Translations under genes and position numbers: made by a program
Part shown: positions 53,605 through 62,845 of the stretch, piece by piece
Layout of the letters: each line of letters begins with the position of its first letter
Position numbering within the stretch: the stretch's first letter is position 1
Origin: Promethearchaeota archaeon
GTDB taxonomy: Archaea > Asgardarchaeota > Hermodarchaeia > Hermodarchaeales > Hermodarchaeaceae
NCBI GenBank assembly: GCA_048939625.1
Contig: JBHLPH010000007.1
Span: 30,766-94,765, forward strand
Direction: 5' to 3'
Length of the DNA: 64,000 nucleotides
The notes under the pieces: generated by a model
Told to the model about the DNA's origin: nothing
Database searches by the model: none
The model's input: the letters and a program-made list of their open reading frames with translations, nothing else

Positions 53605-55788
53605 ATGAAACGCAATCAAAAAGCAATCTGTGCCCTGTTCTTTACCCTCACCGTGTTTTTTTCGGTAACCATCGTCTTACAAACGATGGCCGTCTGGCCC
53701 CCACCAGAATTCGGCATTGACCCACCCAGCTTTTCGAACGTCCAACACACTGTAGACAACTTCACGGCGGTCACAGTTACATGGAATGTGGATTTTGATC
53801 CACTATCCGAAGCAAATTGGATGACCTTCTACTGGCGTCCTGTAGGCGGAAGCTGGACGGGCCTTCAAACTTGGAATCCTGCCTATAGCCAAGGCTACTC
53901 TCGCACTATCAGTGGTTTAGATCCAGGAACTTATGAGTATAAAATCACAGCCTGGTCTCGAGACTTCATCGAGGATGTCTATACAACCACAACAGGACCC
54001 CACTCAGTTGACTGTAGCCCCATCAGTATTACTAACGTGCAAGCAACCCAGCGACCTGCTCCTGAAGACTATATTGTCGATTATAGCTGGGATATTAACT
54101 GGGATCCTTCACTGACCAACCATTCAGTCAGTTTCTACTTTAGCAATATAAGCACTCTAACAGAAAATGATATTATACAAACATGGAACATTGATAACTC
54201 AACGTTCGATTATTCATATCCAGTGCCATATTTTGGTACATTCTGGTACCAAATCAAAGCCGAGGCAATTAATTCAACCGAAGTTATTCAAACTGAAACC
54301 AGTGTTGCTGAAATCCAGGTGAATTTACTCCAGCCTTCTAATGAAGATGTTCTCGTCTTCGAAGATGCACATGTTAAACAATCTCATCCAAATACGAACT
54401 ACAACGGTGAATCCCTAATTGTCGCTGATGAACTCCCCGACCCTTTTGAAATACAGCAAATCCAGACTTATGTGAAGTTTGACTTGCGAGGTGTTTTCGA
54501 TGTCACGTCTGCTGAATTAACACTCTACGTTCAAGGAGTCAGTGGCACACCCGAGGATATTCATTGTAAAGGTGTAACCAGTAACTGGTTTGAATCAAAT
54601 CTCACATGGAATAACCGACCTTCAAGTTTTCAAACTTCTGAAGATTCGATCATTCCAATAGTAGGACAATGGGTAACATGGGATGTCACAAGTTGGCTGC
54701 AAAGTCATGAAGATCGAGTTGTAGCTTTCGTTCTCTACACAATGTCATATCAGACTATTACTTTTACAGCAAAGGAAGGTGGTGATTATCCCATATCAGG
54801 GAATATCCCCTATTTGCACGTAGAAGGTAATTATCGAGCACATCACTGGGAAGCATATGATTATACTTACTCTAATTCCACGCCAGTCCCACCAAATCCC
54901 ATGAATCCGCTTCCCCCAAATTATCCCCTAGATCCACCAATCTATCCTGGTTTCATCGTTCCACTTTATACACTTTATAATCCACCAGGAGACCAAAGTT
55001 ACCAGAGAATCACACATTCCGAAGAGATGAATTTCGACTTGTCTTTTTCAGTTTGTGCAGAAGTTGGTGTCGGAGGGTTTATGGGAGGAATATCGGGTGA
55101 AATAGATGTGAAATGGATGGCTGGTGTAAGTTTTTCAGCAAAACAATCTGTAACAACTGCAACCTCTAGTGATTTGTCTTTGTACCCAGAACTTCTTGCT
55201 GATGCGGGTGGTGATACAATCGTAGGACTTCGCTATACAGCTGACATACTAGGATTTGGGGTTACTCGAGTTAGTAACGAAGGTTCCATTTCAACTGTCT
55301 ACCATGTCATATTTGAGAATGTTCAATATCAAGGCGAATTCCAAGGATTCAGAGGATTTTCGAATATGTGGAGGATGTTCGTCGTAGATGAAAGTGCTGA
55401 TCCGAACTTCATAGAACTTGAAGATTTGAGAGGTGTTGAAGGACCCTATACTTATCCCTCAAATGATGGGAATTACTTCCTTGATCCCTGTCAAGACTTT
55501 GATTTCGTAATTACTAGATCACTTAGTGCAGGGTATAAAATTAAACAAAGTTTTAATTTCGAACTTAAATTTCCAGTTAAGGTCAAGATTAAACTTGGAT
55601 TCGAGATGGAGGTTCAATCAGAATCAACATTCGAAACAGAGGTTCATATTGAGGATTCTTACCGTGGAATTGCATTCAATATCAATAGCTGGAGTAGTAT
55701 CTTGCTTAACGAAGGTCTTCCTCGGTTCGGTTTTCAAGTCAATGATTGGATTTATTGGTTTAACAGTGAATACTATACGTACTTCTAG
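53605..55788 (+). CDS. secreted multidomain protein: FN3/Ig + DNRLRE(CBM96)-like + C-terminal domain with two amphipathic beta-hairpins
   Basis: Signal peptide; ISGLDPGTYEY (FN3); EDAHV...PNTNY...TYVKFDL...WFESNLTWNNRP...WDVT (DNRLRE); Pro-rich linker; NPPGDQSY; alternating hydrophobic hairpins. Confidence 0.8.
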   Translation: MKRNQKAICALFFTLTVFFSVTIVLQTMAVWPPPEFGIDPPSFSNVQHTVDNFTAVTVTWNVDFDPLSEANWMTFYWRPVGGSWTGLQTWNPAYSQGYSRTISGLDPGTYEYKITAWSRDFIEDVYTTTTGPHSVDCSPISITNVQATQRPAPEDYIVDYSWDINWDPSLTNHSVSFYFSNISTLTENDIIQTWNIDNSTFDYSYPVPYFGTFWYQIKAEAINSTEVIQTETSVAEIQVNLLQPSNEDVLVFEDAHVKQSHPNTNYNGESLIVADELPDPFEIQQIQTYVKFDLRGVFDVTSAELTLYVQGVSGTPEDIHCKGVTSNWFESNLTWNNRPSSFQTSEDSIIPIVGQWVTWDVTSWLQSHEDRVVAFVLYTMSYQTITFTAKEGGDYPISGNIPYLHVEGNYRAHHWEAYDYTYSNSTPVPPNPMNPLPPNYPLDPPIYPGFIVPLYTLYNPPGDQSYQRITHSEEMNFDLSFSVCAEVGVGGFMGGISGEIDVKWMAGVSFSAKQSVTTATSSDLSLYPELLADAGGDTIVGLRYTADILGFGVTRVSNEGSISTVYHVIFENVQYQGEFQGFRGFSNMWRMFVVDESADPNFIELEDLRGVEGPYTYPSNDGNYFLDPCQDFDFVITRSLSAGYKIKQSFNFELKFPVKVKIKLGFEMEVQSESTFETEVHIEDSYRGIAFNINSWSSILLNEGLPRFGFQVNDWIYWFNSEYYTYF

Positions 55789-56025
55789 CTTCTTCTTTTT
55801 CGAGGTGAGTGATTTCAGTCGAATTCACTCACGACTCCTCTTTTTTCTATCAAAACTTGAAATGTGTCATAGTTAATCCCATAGCTGTAATAAATTTATA
55901 GACAAAAATGGTGGGAATAATAGGTTTTATCAAAATTAGCGTTCTCTAGTGGAGATTGCTATCAGGTAAAATTCCAAGCACTAGTGTTCTTACATTTTCC
56001 AAGGGATGCTGTAATTTTTTATGGG

Positions 56026-56646
56026 CTATGAGGTATTTCTTTGTAAGTGAAGTAATGCTATCCTTGCCTCGTGCGCTACGATTTCATCAGAATCAGTCTC
56101 GGCTACTTCTTTTAGAAGGGGGAAGGCTCGCTGATCACCTAGGAAGCTTAATCCGACGACAGCTCCAGTTCGAACGGTGGAGTGTTGTGCTTTCAATTCT
56201 CTCTCTAAAAGATCATATGCATCTGCGCCACCGAGGTGACCCAGTGCTCGAAGAATTTGGTCCTGTACATGGATGGTTTCATTATCATAACGATGTAACA
56301 ATTCAGGTGTTGCACGAGAGTCTTTGAGGAAGGCTAGCGCGCTGATGGTTTGGAATCGAACTGCCTCCTCTTCGTCATCGAGTAAGGGGAGCAGATACTC
56401 GGTCTCTTCTTTAGTTCCAATAAATCCAATGGCGATGGCTGCCTCGAGGCGCGTGATAAAGTCGGTGTTGGTTAGAGCTTTTCGTAATGCAGGAAGAGCC
56501 GTGCATGCTTCTGATCCGAGTTGTCCCAGGGATCGGATGGCTTGACGACGTATCTCTTCGTCTTCGTTAGTCACGTCTTGGATTTGCGAATTTATCTGAT
56601 GAGTTCGATTAGAGCTTGATGATTCAGAGGAATGGTGTGGCGCCAT
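56026..56646 (-). CDS. HEAT-repeat (PBS lyase-like) protein
   Basis: Repeats IRRQAIRSLGQLG, TRLEAAIAIGFIG, VRFQTISALAFL, VRTGAVVGLSFLG. Confidence 0.9.
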   Translation of the reverse strand: MAPHHSSESSSSNRTHQINSQIQDVTNEDEEIRRQAIRSLGQLGSEACTALPALRKALTNTDFITRLEAAIAIGFIGTKEETEYLLPLLDDEEEAVRFQTISALAFLKDSRATPELLHRYDNETIHVQDQILRALGHLGGADAYDLLERELKAQHSTVRTGAVVGLSFLGDQRAFPLLKEVAETDSDEIVAHEARIALLHLQRNTS

Positions 56647-56724
56647 TTGAGGGAACCTCGCAGGTTCACGGTAGTGTGGTTATTTGTATCTTCCGCTATG
56701 CGTAAAGGTCGAAGAAAAGGGTGG

Positions 56725-57231
56725 CTAGTAGCGTTTCTTCTTTTTCTTCCGTTTAGTCTGCTTGCGTTTAACGCGTTTTCGTTTGGGCAGCTCATCAGTG
56801 GGGATGCGCTCAGGTCCCGGTGGGAGTCCCAGATCATCGGCTGGTGGATAGATGATTTCAGCAAACAAGGCGCCAAGTTGCCCTCCGACGCCGGTGATGA
56901 CGCCTCCAATAAGGGCGACAAAGAGTTGTGGGGCTGGTATCAGTTGTCCGACAAGAATCCAGGCGTTAATGAAGGCGTTTGTGCTACTAGCGGCCATAAT
57001 CCCGAATAGAGTGAGCCAGGCAAGGAATCCGGCTAGGAAGCTGATAATGATGGCGCGGAGGGTATTTTTCATGAGAAAGCCAGCAAGGATTCCTGCGATG
57101 ACGATGAGGATTCCTTGCCCGGAAAATTGGATGAATAGGGCAATGAAGAAACAGAAGAGAAATCCTATCAGGATGTTGTGTTTCCTTCGGAAGAAGGCTC
57201 GGACATTTTCCATGCTAATTTCCCCAGACAT
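56725..57231 (-). CDS. four-TM membrane protein with polybasic C-terminal tail
   Basis: Gly-rich TM helices; KRKRVKRKQTKRKKKKKRY terminus. Confidence 0.82.
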   Translation of the reverse strand: MSGEISMENVRAFFRRKHNILIGFLFCFFIALFIQFSGQGILIVIAGILAGFLMKNTLRAIIISFLAGFLAWLTLFGIMAASSTNAFINAWILVGQLIPAPQLFVALIGGVITGVGGQLGALFAEIIYPPADDLGLPPGPERIPTDELPKRKRVKRKQTKRKKKKKRY

Positions 57232-57235
57232 GGTA

Positions 57236-59656
57236 TCACCCCGGAAGAAGATGGAAAATTGAGGTAAACTCGGTTATTTCCCCGAGTGCTGAATGATATG
57301 GTAAAATATGATATTCTCCGACGATCCATAAACCCAGTTGGTCCTGATAGTTTTGTGAATACCCGTTGCTCCGTTGTCCACCAGGTAATACTCCACGGCA
57401 GTTCGTGAAATCTGCAACATCAATAATCAGTCGGTAACTGGCTCCAGTTGCTACAAGATAGCCAGGAGCGTAATTTACGGTATATTCGCTACCGTTGACT
57501 GGAACTCGAGGACCATTAAGATAGGCAAAGTTATCAGCCATTGGATGTTGTATCCAAAGTAAGTGAATCTGTCCATACTGCCAAGCTGCCGTATCAGGAC
57601 CAAGATTTTCTGTTAGAAATTCGATGGTCTCAGTGAAGCTCGCTAGAATGATGTCATCACGGGTTTGGTTCCCTGATTGTGACACATCATTGAACCAACG
57701 ATCATAGTTCATGATCGTGAAATTATCTAAGACTGCAATAGATGGATACGGACCATCAGGTATCCCAGCAATGAAGTATTCGTCATAAAAGGTTGCGTTC
57801 AGGAAGGTTGGAGAAAAGCTGGACCATATAGTCGCACCGATGCTCTCTGTATCCATGCTTCCATCCCAGGACTGAAGAGCGGTGGCTGCCGCATGCGTGA
57901 TTGGTTCTGAGCTGGCAGAAACTGTTGCAAGCACTACCGATGCGACGATATCTTTGATCGCCATGGCGTGAAGGGATAGGGCATCTTGCTGGATAACGCC
58001 CATATCCAGAAGTGAATAAGTTGCTGTTGTGTTTAACAGGTTTGTAATCCTGTTTGCTCGATAGGGAGTATCAAAATCATATCCTAAATAGTAAGGGTAG
58101 CTAGAGTTGACAGGACGATTATTCGCAGAGACAAGAAAGCCAGATGTAGGATTCAAACTTTGGGGAAGTTGGTTGAAGGGGATAAAGCCTTGCCAACTGG
58201 TAGTTGTGTCTGAACCGTTGAGGGGGCTGGGTCCTTGTCCGGGACCTCGGATGGGTTGCGCCGCAGCTGCGTGGTAGGCGATGTTTCCGGTAGTATCAGC
58301 ATACAGAAAGTTGAGATTTGGGGTTTCGATCTTTTGGATGGCAGAAAGAAAGCTGGCATGGTTTGTGGCGAGTCCAACCTCATAGAGAGCCTCGGTGGTT
58401 AGGGATCCATTAGCCCCAGTCCATTTTAGGGCAAATCGACCGTTCTCTTCATCAAAGAGGGGTCCATGGACGGTGTAGTTGAGGGTGACTTCCACAGGAG
58501 CAAATCCGCCTTCGACACGAGCTACAATGGTGATGTTGCGTTGTTCAATGCTATTCCAGCCTCCATTCCACCAGTATTGGCTGGCATCACTGGGGTTCCA
58601 CAGATAATAGTAGAAATCACTCACATCGGAAAGCATACTCGTCCATCCCCAGGCAATGTTTGGATTGTGTCCTTGATAGACGAAGGGAATGCCTGTGTAG
58701 GTAATTCCTTGGACATTGTATCCTGGGGTGACTAATTGGATTTCGTACCAGCTAGGCGGCAGGCTCATGGTGAGATGGGGGTCCGTTGCCAATATCGGGG
58801 CGCCGGTTGTAGTATGAGAACCGTTGATCACCCAACAATTACTCCCAGCACCCGAGAACGGAGCAGGATTCTCATTTTGCACATCTTCGAGTCGTTGGCC
58901 CAGGGATGCAGCGGCTGTCTTGAGGTGTTCTGGAAGAGCAGGGGAAGGAACGATGAATCCATCATTATATTGGACTTCGGGGAACAAATCCGTGAAGACT
59001 AGGTCCGCTCCATAAGTATCGATGAGGTTGGCCATCTCCAAATCTTGAAAGGCATAGGTTGCTGAGAGTTGCCAAGCCATATACCGTTCGATAGCTAAAG
59101 TATCCGTCTCGTTCCATGGTTCAGGGAAGTAGCCAAGCACTCGTATCTCTAACGGGATTTTCGAACCAATCGTTTCTATATACCGATTAATACCTGTGGC
59201 ATAACTTTTCAATAGATCTACAACCGTAGGATCGAGGAGTAGAATCGAGGCATTAGCAGCAGCACCAAAGCCTAATTGGCGATAGAGTAGATCCAATTCA
59301 ATGTAAGTGGGGCCATACAATTCGGATAGTCTTCCTAATGCAATACGTCGGAACAAGTCCAACTGGAACAGGCGGTCTTGGGCATGGACATAGCCACAGG
59401 CTAGATACAAATCATTGATATCATTGGCAAATATTTGAGGTACGCCCCAGGCATCACGAACAATATGAACTTCATCCGATAATCCGGGTATGGTCTCAGC
59501 TGAGTATGGTGGAAGGTTTGCCCAGGGAATATCAGCCCACAGACCACCGTTGGGTTGAAGCCAAGGTACGACGCTAAACATCATCCCTAAAATCAAAGAA
59601 CAAATCAGAATGATGGTGATGGTTTTGCAGGTAAACACTTTGCGTTGACTTGACAC
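57236..59656 (-). CDS. penicillin acylase family (S45 Ntn-hydrolase), exported
   Basis: RDAWGVPQI, HAQDRLFQL, G/SNCWV cleavage site, DPHL, GHN, HGP, SANN. Confidence 0.95.
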   Translation of the reverse strand: MSSQRKVFTCKTITIILICSLILGMMFSVVPWLQPNGGLWADIPWANLPPYSAETIPGLSDEVHIVRDAWGVPQIFANDINDLYLACGYVHAQDRLFQLDLFRRIALGRLSELYGPTYIELDLLYRQLGFGAAANASILLLDPTVVDLLKSYATGINRYIETIGSKIPLEIRVLGYFPEPWNETDTLAIERYMAWQLSATYAFQDLEMANLIDTYGADLVFTDLFPEVQYNDGFIVPSPALPEHLKTAAASLGQRLEDVQNENPAPFSGAGSNCWVINGSHTTTGAPILATDPHLTMSLPPSWYEIQLVTPGYNVQGITYTGIPFVYQGHNPNIAWGWTSMLSDVSDFYYYLWNPSDASQYWWNGGWNSIEQRNITIVARVEGGFAPVEVTLNYTVHGPLFDEENGRFALKWTGANGSLTTEALYEVGLATNHASFLSAIQKIETPNLNFLYADTTGNIAYHAAAAQPIRGPGQGPSPLNGSDTTTSWQGFIPFNQLPQSLNPTSGFLVSANNRPVNSSYPYYLGYDFDTPYRANRITNLLNTTATYSLLDMGVIQQDALSLHAMAIKDIVASVVLATVSASSEPITHAAATALQSWDGSMDTESIGATIWSSFSPTFLNATFYDEYFIAGIPDGPYPSIAVLDNFTIMNYDRWFNDVSQSGNQTRDDIILASFTETIEFLTENLGPDTAAWQYGQIHLLWIQHPMADNFAYLNGPRVPVNGSEYTVNYAPGYLVATGASYRLIIDVADFTNCRGVLPGGQRSNGYSQNYQDQLGLWIVGEYHILPYHSALGEITEFTSIFHLLPG

Positions 59657-59804
59657 ACAATAGCCCCCAAGGGACGCCCAGTCTCATACATTTTGTGACT
59701 GCTGAGGCGAACTCCTTTCCATTGGGTCTTATAAAATGCGTGGTTCCAGAACTATCGACAGAATCCTGAAATGACATCAGTAACTAATGAAACAGGCTAT
59801 CTAA

Positions 59805-60395
59805 TTATTCGTCGATCTTGTTTTCAGTGCTGTTTTCTTTCTTCTGACGGCGAAGCCGACGTTTCGCGTGCTCATAAGTCTCTTCAATGACTCGTCGTAC
59901 AGATCGGCGTTTTCGTTCTTTCATGGGAACCTCAAGGTGAACAACACCCTCTTCACCTTCAACAGATGCGATGATATGGCCTGTGGCATACTCAGGAAGC
60001 GGACGGAATTTGTAGGCATAGCGAAGGACTCCCGTTCGTCCGGCTTCACCAATACGGCGAAAGACCACCTGGACGCTCAGACCAATCTTCAGTTGCTCGA
60101 AATCTACATCCACGATTTGCGAAAGAACGAGAGGTCCTTCATCAAGTCGGACCAGTGCAATAGCATATGGGGCTAAATCTTTGAACCCCGTTGGTGGATC
60201 GTGAATAATCGTGTATGAGTAGATTTTTCCTAGTCCAGAGAATTGCGTATCAACAAAATCGGTTTTCCTTCGGCATTTCGGACATAAAGGGATGGGCGGG
60301 AAATATTTCGTGCCACATGTTCGACAGTGTCGACCAACAAGATTGTAAACGTTTTTGATTCGCCGCCATAACATTGGAACACTTTGCTCTGACAT
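59805..60395 (-). CDS. DUF35 Zn-ribbon/OB-fold scaffold of the thiolase-HMG-CoA synthase complex, with C-terminal extension
   Basis: WRR, CRTC...FPP...CPKC, GKIYSYT, VFRR...YAYKFRP; follows thiolase. Confidence 0.92.
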   Translation of the reverse strand: MSEQSVPMLWRRIKNVYNLVGRHCRTCGTKYFPPIPLCPKCRRKTDFVDTQFSGLGKIYSYTIIHDPPTGFKDLAPYAIALVRLDEGPLVLSQIVDVDFEQLKIGLSVQVVFRRIGEAGRTGVLRYAYKFRPLPEYATGHIIASVEGEEGVVHLEVPMKERKRRSVRRVIEETYEHAKRRLRRQKKENSTENKIDE

Positions 60396-60412
60396 ATCTC
60401 ATTCACCTTCTC

Positions 60413-61594
60413 TTATTCGCGATTCAGGACATGAAGCACAGCAGTGGAGCCGGTGCCTCCGAGATTCAGCGTAATTCCGCGTTTAACGCCTTTCACCTGG
60501 CGTTTACCTGCGGTTCCACGGAGTTGTTCAACAATTTCACAAACTTGAGCGATACCAGTTGCCCCGACAGGGTGACCTTTGGCTTTGAGACCACCACTGA
60601 CATTAGTAGGAATTTGCCCTTTCTTGTCAAAGAATCCATCCGCAATCCTTTTTCCTCCTTCACCCTTCTCAACAAAACCAAGGTCCTCAACGGATATGAT
60701 TTCGCTGATGCTGAATGAATCGTGGAGCTCTGCGATTTCGACGTCCTCCGGTTTCATCTTCAATTTGTCATAAGCTTGTTTTGCTACACTTTTCACTGCA
60801 CGAAATGTCGTGATGTGTGGTCGGTCATGGATTGCAAGTGTATCAGAGGCTTGAGTGGATGCATCAATCCAAATGGGATCTCCTTCAAATTTCTCAACCA
60901 GATCTCCTCGAATAATAATTGCTGCTGCAGCACCATCAGAGATAGGCGCACAATGGAGCATATGCAAGGGATCTGCAACAATGGGTCCCCGAAGCACTTG
61001 GTCAGTACTTATTTTGAAACGAAATTGAGCATAGGGATTATCTACGGCATTCGCATGAGCTTTCACTGCGGGGGCAGCAAGCTGTTCTTCAGTTGTCCCA
61101 TAATGATGCATGTGACGACGGGCGAGGAGTGCAAAGAGGGCTGGGAAAGTGGCCCCAATTTGTCCCTCCCATTCACGGTCTGCCGCACTCATCAGTGTGT
61201 CTGCAATGGCTGGTTCAGAGATATCGCTCATTTTTTCGCAGCCAATGACCATTGCAACTTTGTGTTCCCCAGATTTGACTGCTAGGTATGCATGACGAAC
61301 AGCCACTCCTCCACTTGCACAGGCTGCTTCGACTTCAGTGGAGGCGATGGGGAGAAGTCCACCAGAGTCCGCAGCCATGACAGCTTGATGTTCTTGCTGG
61401 ATGAACGAACTTGTCGATGTGTTACTGACATATAAGCAATCAATGTCGTCACCACTGACTCCGGCATCAGCTAGACAGGCAGTGGCAGCCGTTAATGAGA
61501 TTCGGCGAATACTTCGGTCCCACTGTTCCCCAAAGGCAGTTTGACCAATACCGATAATTGCAACACGATCTTTTACTGGAATTTCTTTCGACAT
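60413..61594 (-). CDS. archaeal acetoacetyl-CoA thiolase
   Basis: EAACASGG, ISDGAAA, ELHDSF, SGGLKAKGHPVGATG. Confidence 0.95.
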   Translation of the reverse strand: MSKEIPVKDRVAIIGIGQTAFGEQWDRSIRRISLTAATACLADAGVSGDDIDCLYVSNTSTSSFIQQEHQAVMAADSGGLLPIASTEVEAACASGGVAVRHAYLAVKSGEHKVAMVIGCEKMSDISEPAIADTLMSAADREWEGQIGATFPALFALLARRHMHHYGTTEEQLAAPAVKAHANAVDNPYAQFRFKISTDQVLRGPIVADPLHMLHCAPISDGAAAAIIIRGDLVEKFEGDPIWIDASTQASDTLAIHDRPHITTFRAVKSVAKQAYDKLKMKPEDVEIAELHDSFSISEIISVEDLGFVEKGEGGKRIADGFFDKKGQIPTNVSGGLKAKGHPVGATGIAQVCEIVEQLRGTAGKRQVKGVKRGITLNLGGTGSTAVLHVLNRE

Positions 61595-61599
61595 AATTT

Positions 61600-62649
61600 T
61601 CACTCCACTTTGATGGTGCGACGATGCTTCGCATATTGAGCGTAGTCAATGTAGACCTTATCGTTAATGTAATCTTGCACCATGGGTTTACGCTTGCGTT
61701 TTTCTTTAATGGATTTCATTACCTCAATATGAAACGCGTCACTCCCTGCACCTGACCCATACGACACAACGAGGATTTTATCGCCAGATTTTGCCACATC
61801 GAGAGTAGCAGCCAACCCTAAGGGTGAACTCCCAGCATAGGTATTCCCCACATAATCCACAACTAAGGAAGGCTGTATCTGGTCGTCTTTGAATCCAAGT
61901 TGTTTTGCGGCTCGCCGCGGAAATTTGCCATTCGGCGAATGGAATACACCATAATCATAATCATTAGCTTTGGTTCCCATTTTTTCAAAGAGACCCATAG
62001 CAGCTTGTTGGACATGGCGGAAATAGGCGGGTTTACCGGTGAACCTGGACCCGTGCTCTGGGAAATCAGTGCCTTCCCGGCGCCAAAAGTCAGGAGTGTC
62101 ACTGGTATACGAATAAGTTCCATCAAAACAGGCGACCATTTCCTCATCCTTGCCAATAAGAAACGCCGCTCCACCTGCGGCTGCAGCGTATTCAAGGGCA
62201 TCGCCAGGCTTAGCTTGAGCCGTATCAGCCCCAATCGCTAACCCGACATCCACTTCCTGGGACTTGACCAAGCCGATGCAAACTTGCATGGCTGCGGTTC
62301 CAGCTTTACAAGCAAAGGAAAAATCAGCACATTGAAGACTGTTTGGAGCGTTAATCGCCTCCGCGACGACGGTTCCGGTGGGTTTTGTAGCATACACATG
62401 GGATTCGGAGCCCACATAAACTGCCCCGATTCGAGTTGGATCGATTTGAGCACATTTCAAAGCGTTCCGAGCGGCTTCAACTGAAATCGTAGTCGTGTCC
62501 TCATCGAGTCCAGGTACACTCTTTTCAATTAATCCGAGCCCTTTTCCGATAGCTGCTCCATCTTTTCCCCAGACTCGGGCGATTTCTTCCACTTTAATGC
62601 GATACTTGGGAATGTATCCGCCATAACCTAATATTCCAACTTCTGGCAT
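61600..62649 (-). CDS. mvaS: hydroxymethylglutaryl-CoA synthase (archaeal type)
   Basis: [49 protein letters not shown]; ATG at 62649. Confidence 0.93.
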   Translation of the reverse strand: MPEVGILGYGGYIPKYRIKVEEIARVWGKDGAAIGKGLGLIEKSVPGLDEDTTTISVEAARNALKCAQIDPTRIGAVYVGSESHVYATKPTGTVVAEAINAPNSLQCADFSFACKAGTAAMQVCIGLVKSQEVDVGLAIGADTAQAKPGDALEYAAAAGGAAFLIGKDEEMVACFDGTYSYTSDTPDFWRREGTDFPEHGSRFTGKPAYFRHVQQAAMGLFEKMGTKANDYDYGVFHSPNGKFPRRAAKQLGFKDDQIQPSLVVDYVGNTYAGSSPLGLAATLDVAKSGDKILVVSYGSGAGSDAFHIEVMKSIKEKRKRKPMVQDYINDKVYIDYAQYAKHRRTIKVE

Positions 62650-62845
62650 GGCACTCTTTGTCTCCTGGCGTTTTTGGTTGCGTGAGATATCGCACTCCGC
62701 TATGTATCGGCTTTTCAATCTTCCGCTTCGTAGTTTTACTATTTCGGCAATCGGTTAATCGTATCGGATTAGACAGAACGGAATCGAATCCTCCTACATG
62801 CGTGGGTGAATACTCCAAAGATTGGAAAGATACAAAATGCTAAAT

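Noticed and set aside
56592-57262. Alternative ORFs 56592-56921, 56632-57009, 56852-57262
   Set aside because: Shadows of the 4-TM gene, which fits the - strand operon after the acylase.
62650-62718. 23-aa N-terminal extension of HMG-CoA synthase in the ORF track
   Set aside because: ATG at 62649 gives a family-typical 349-aa protein starting MPEVGILG.
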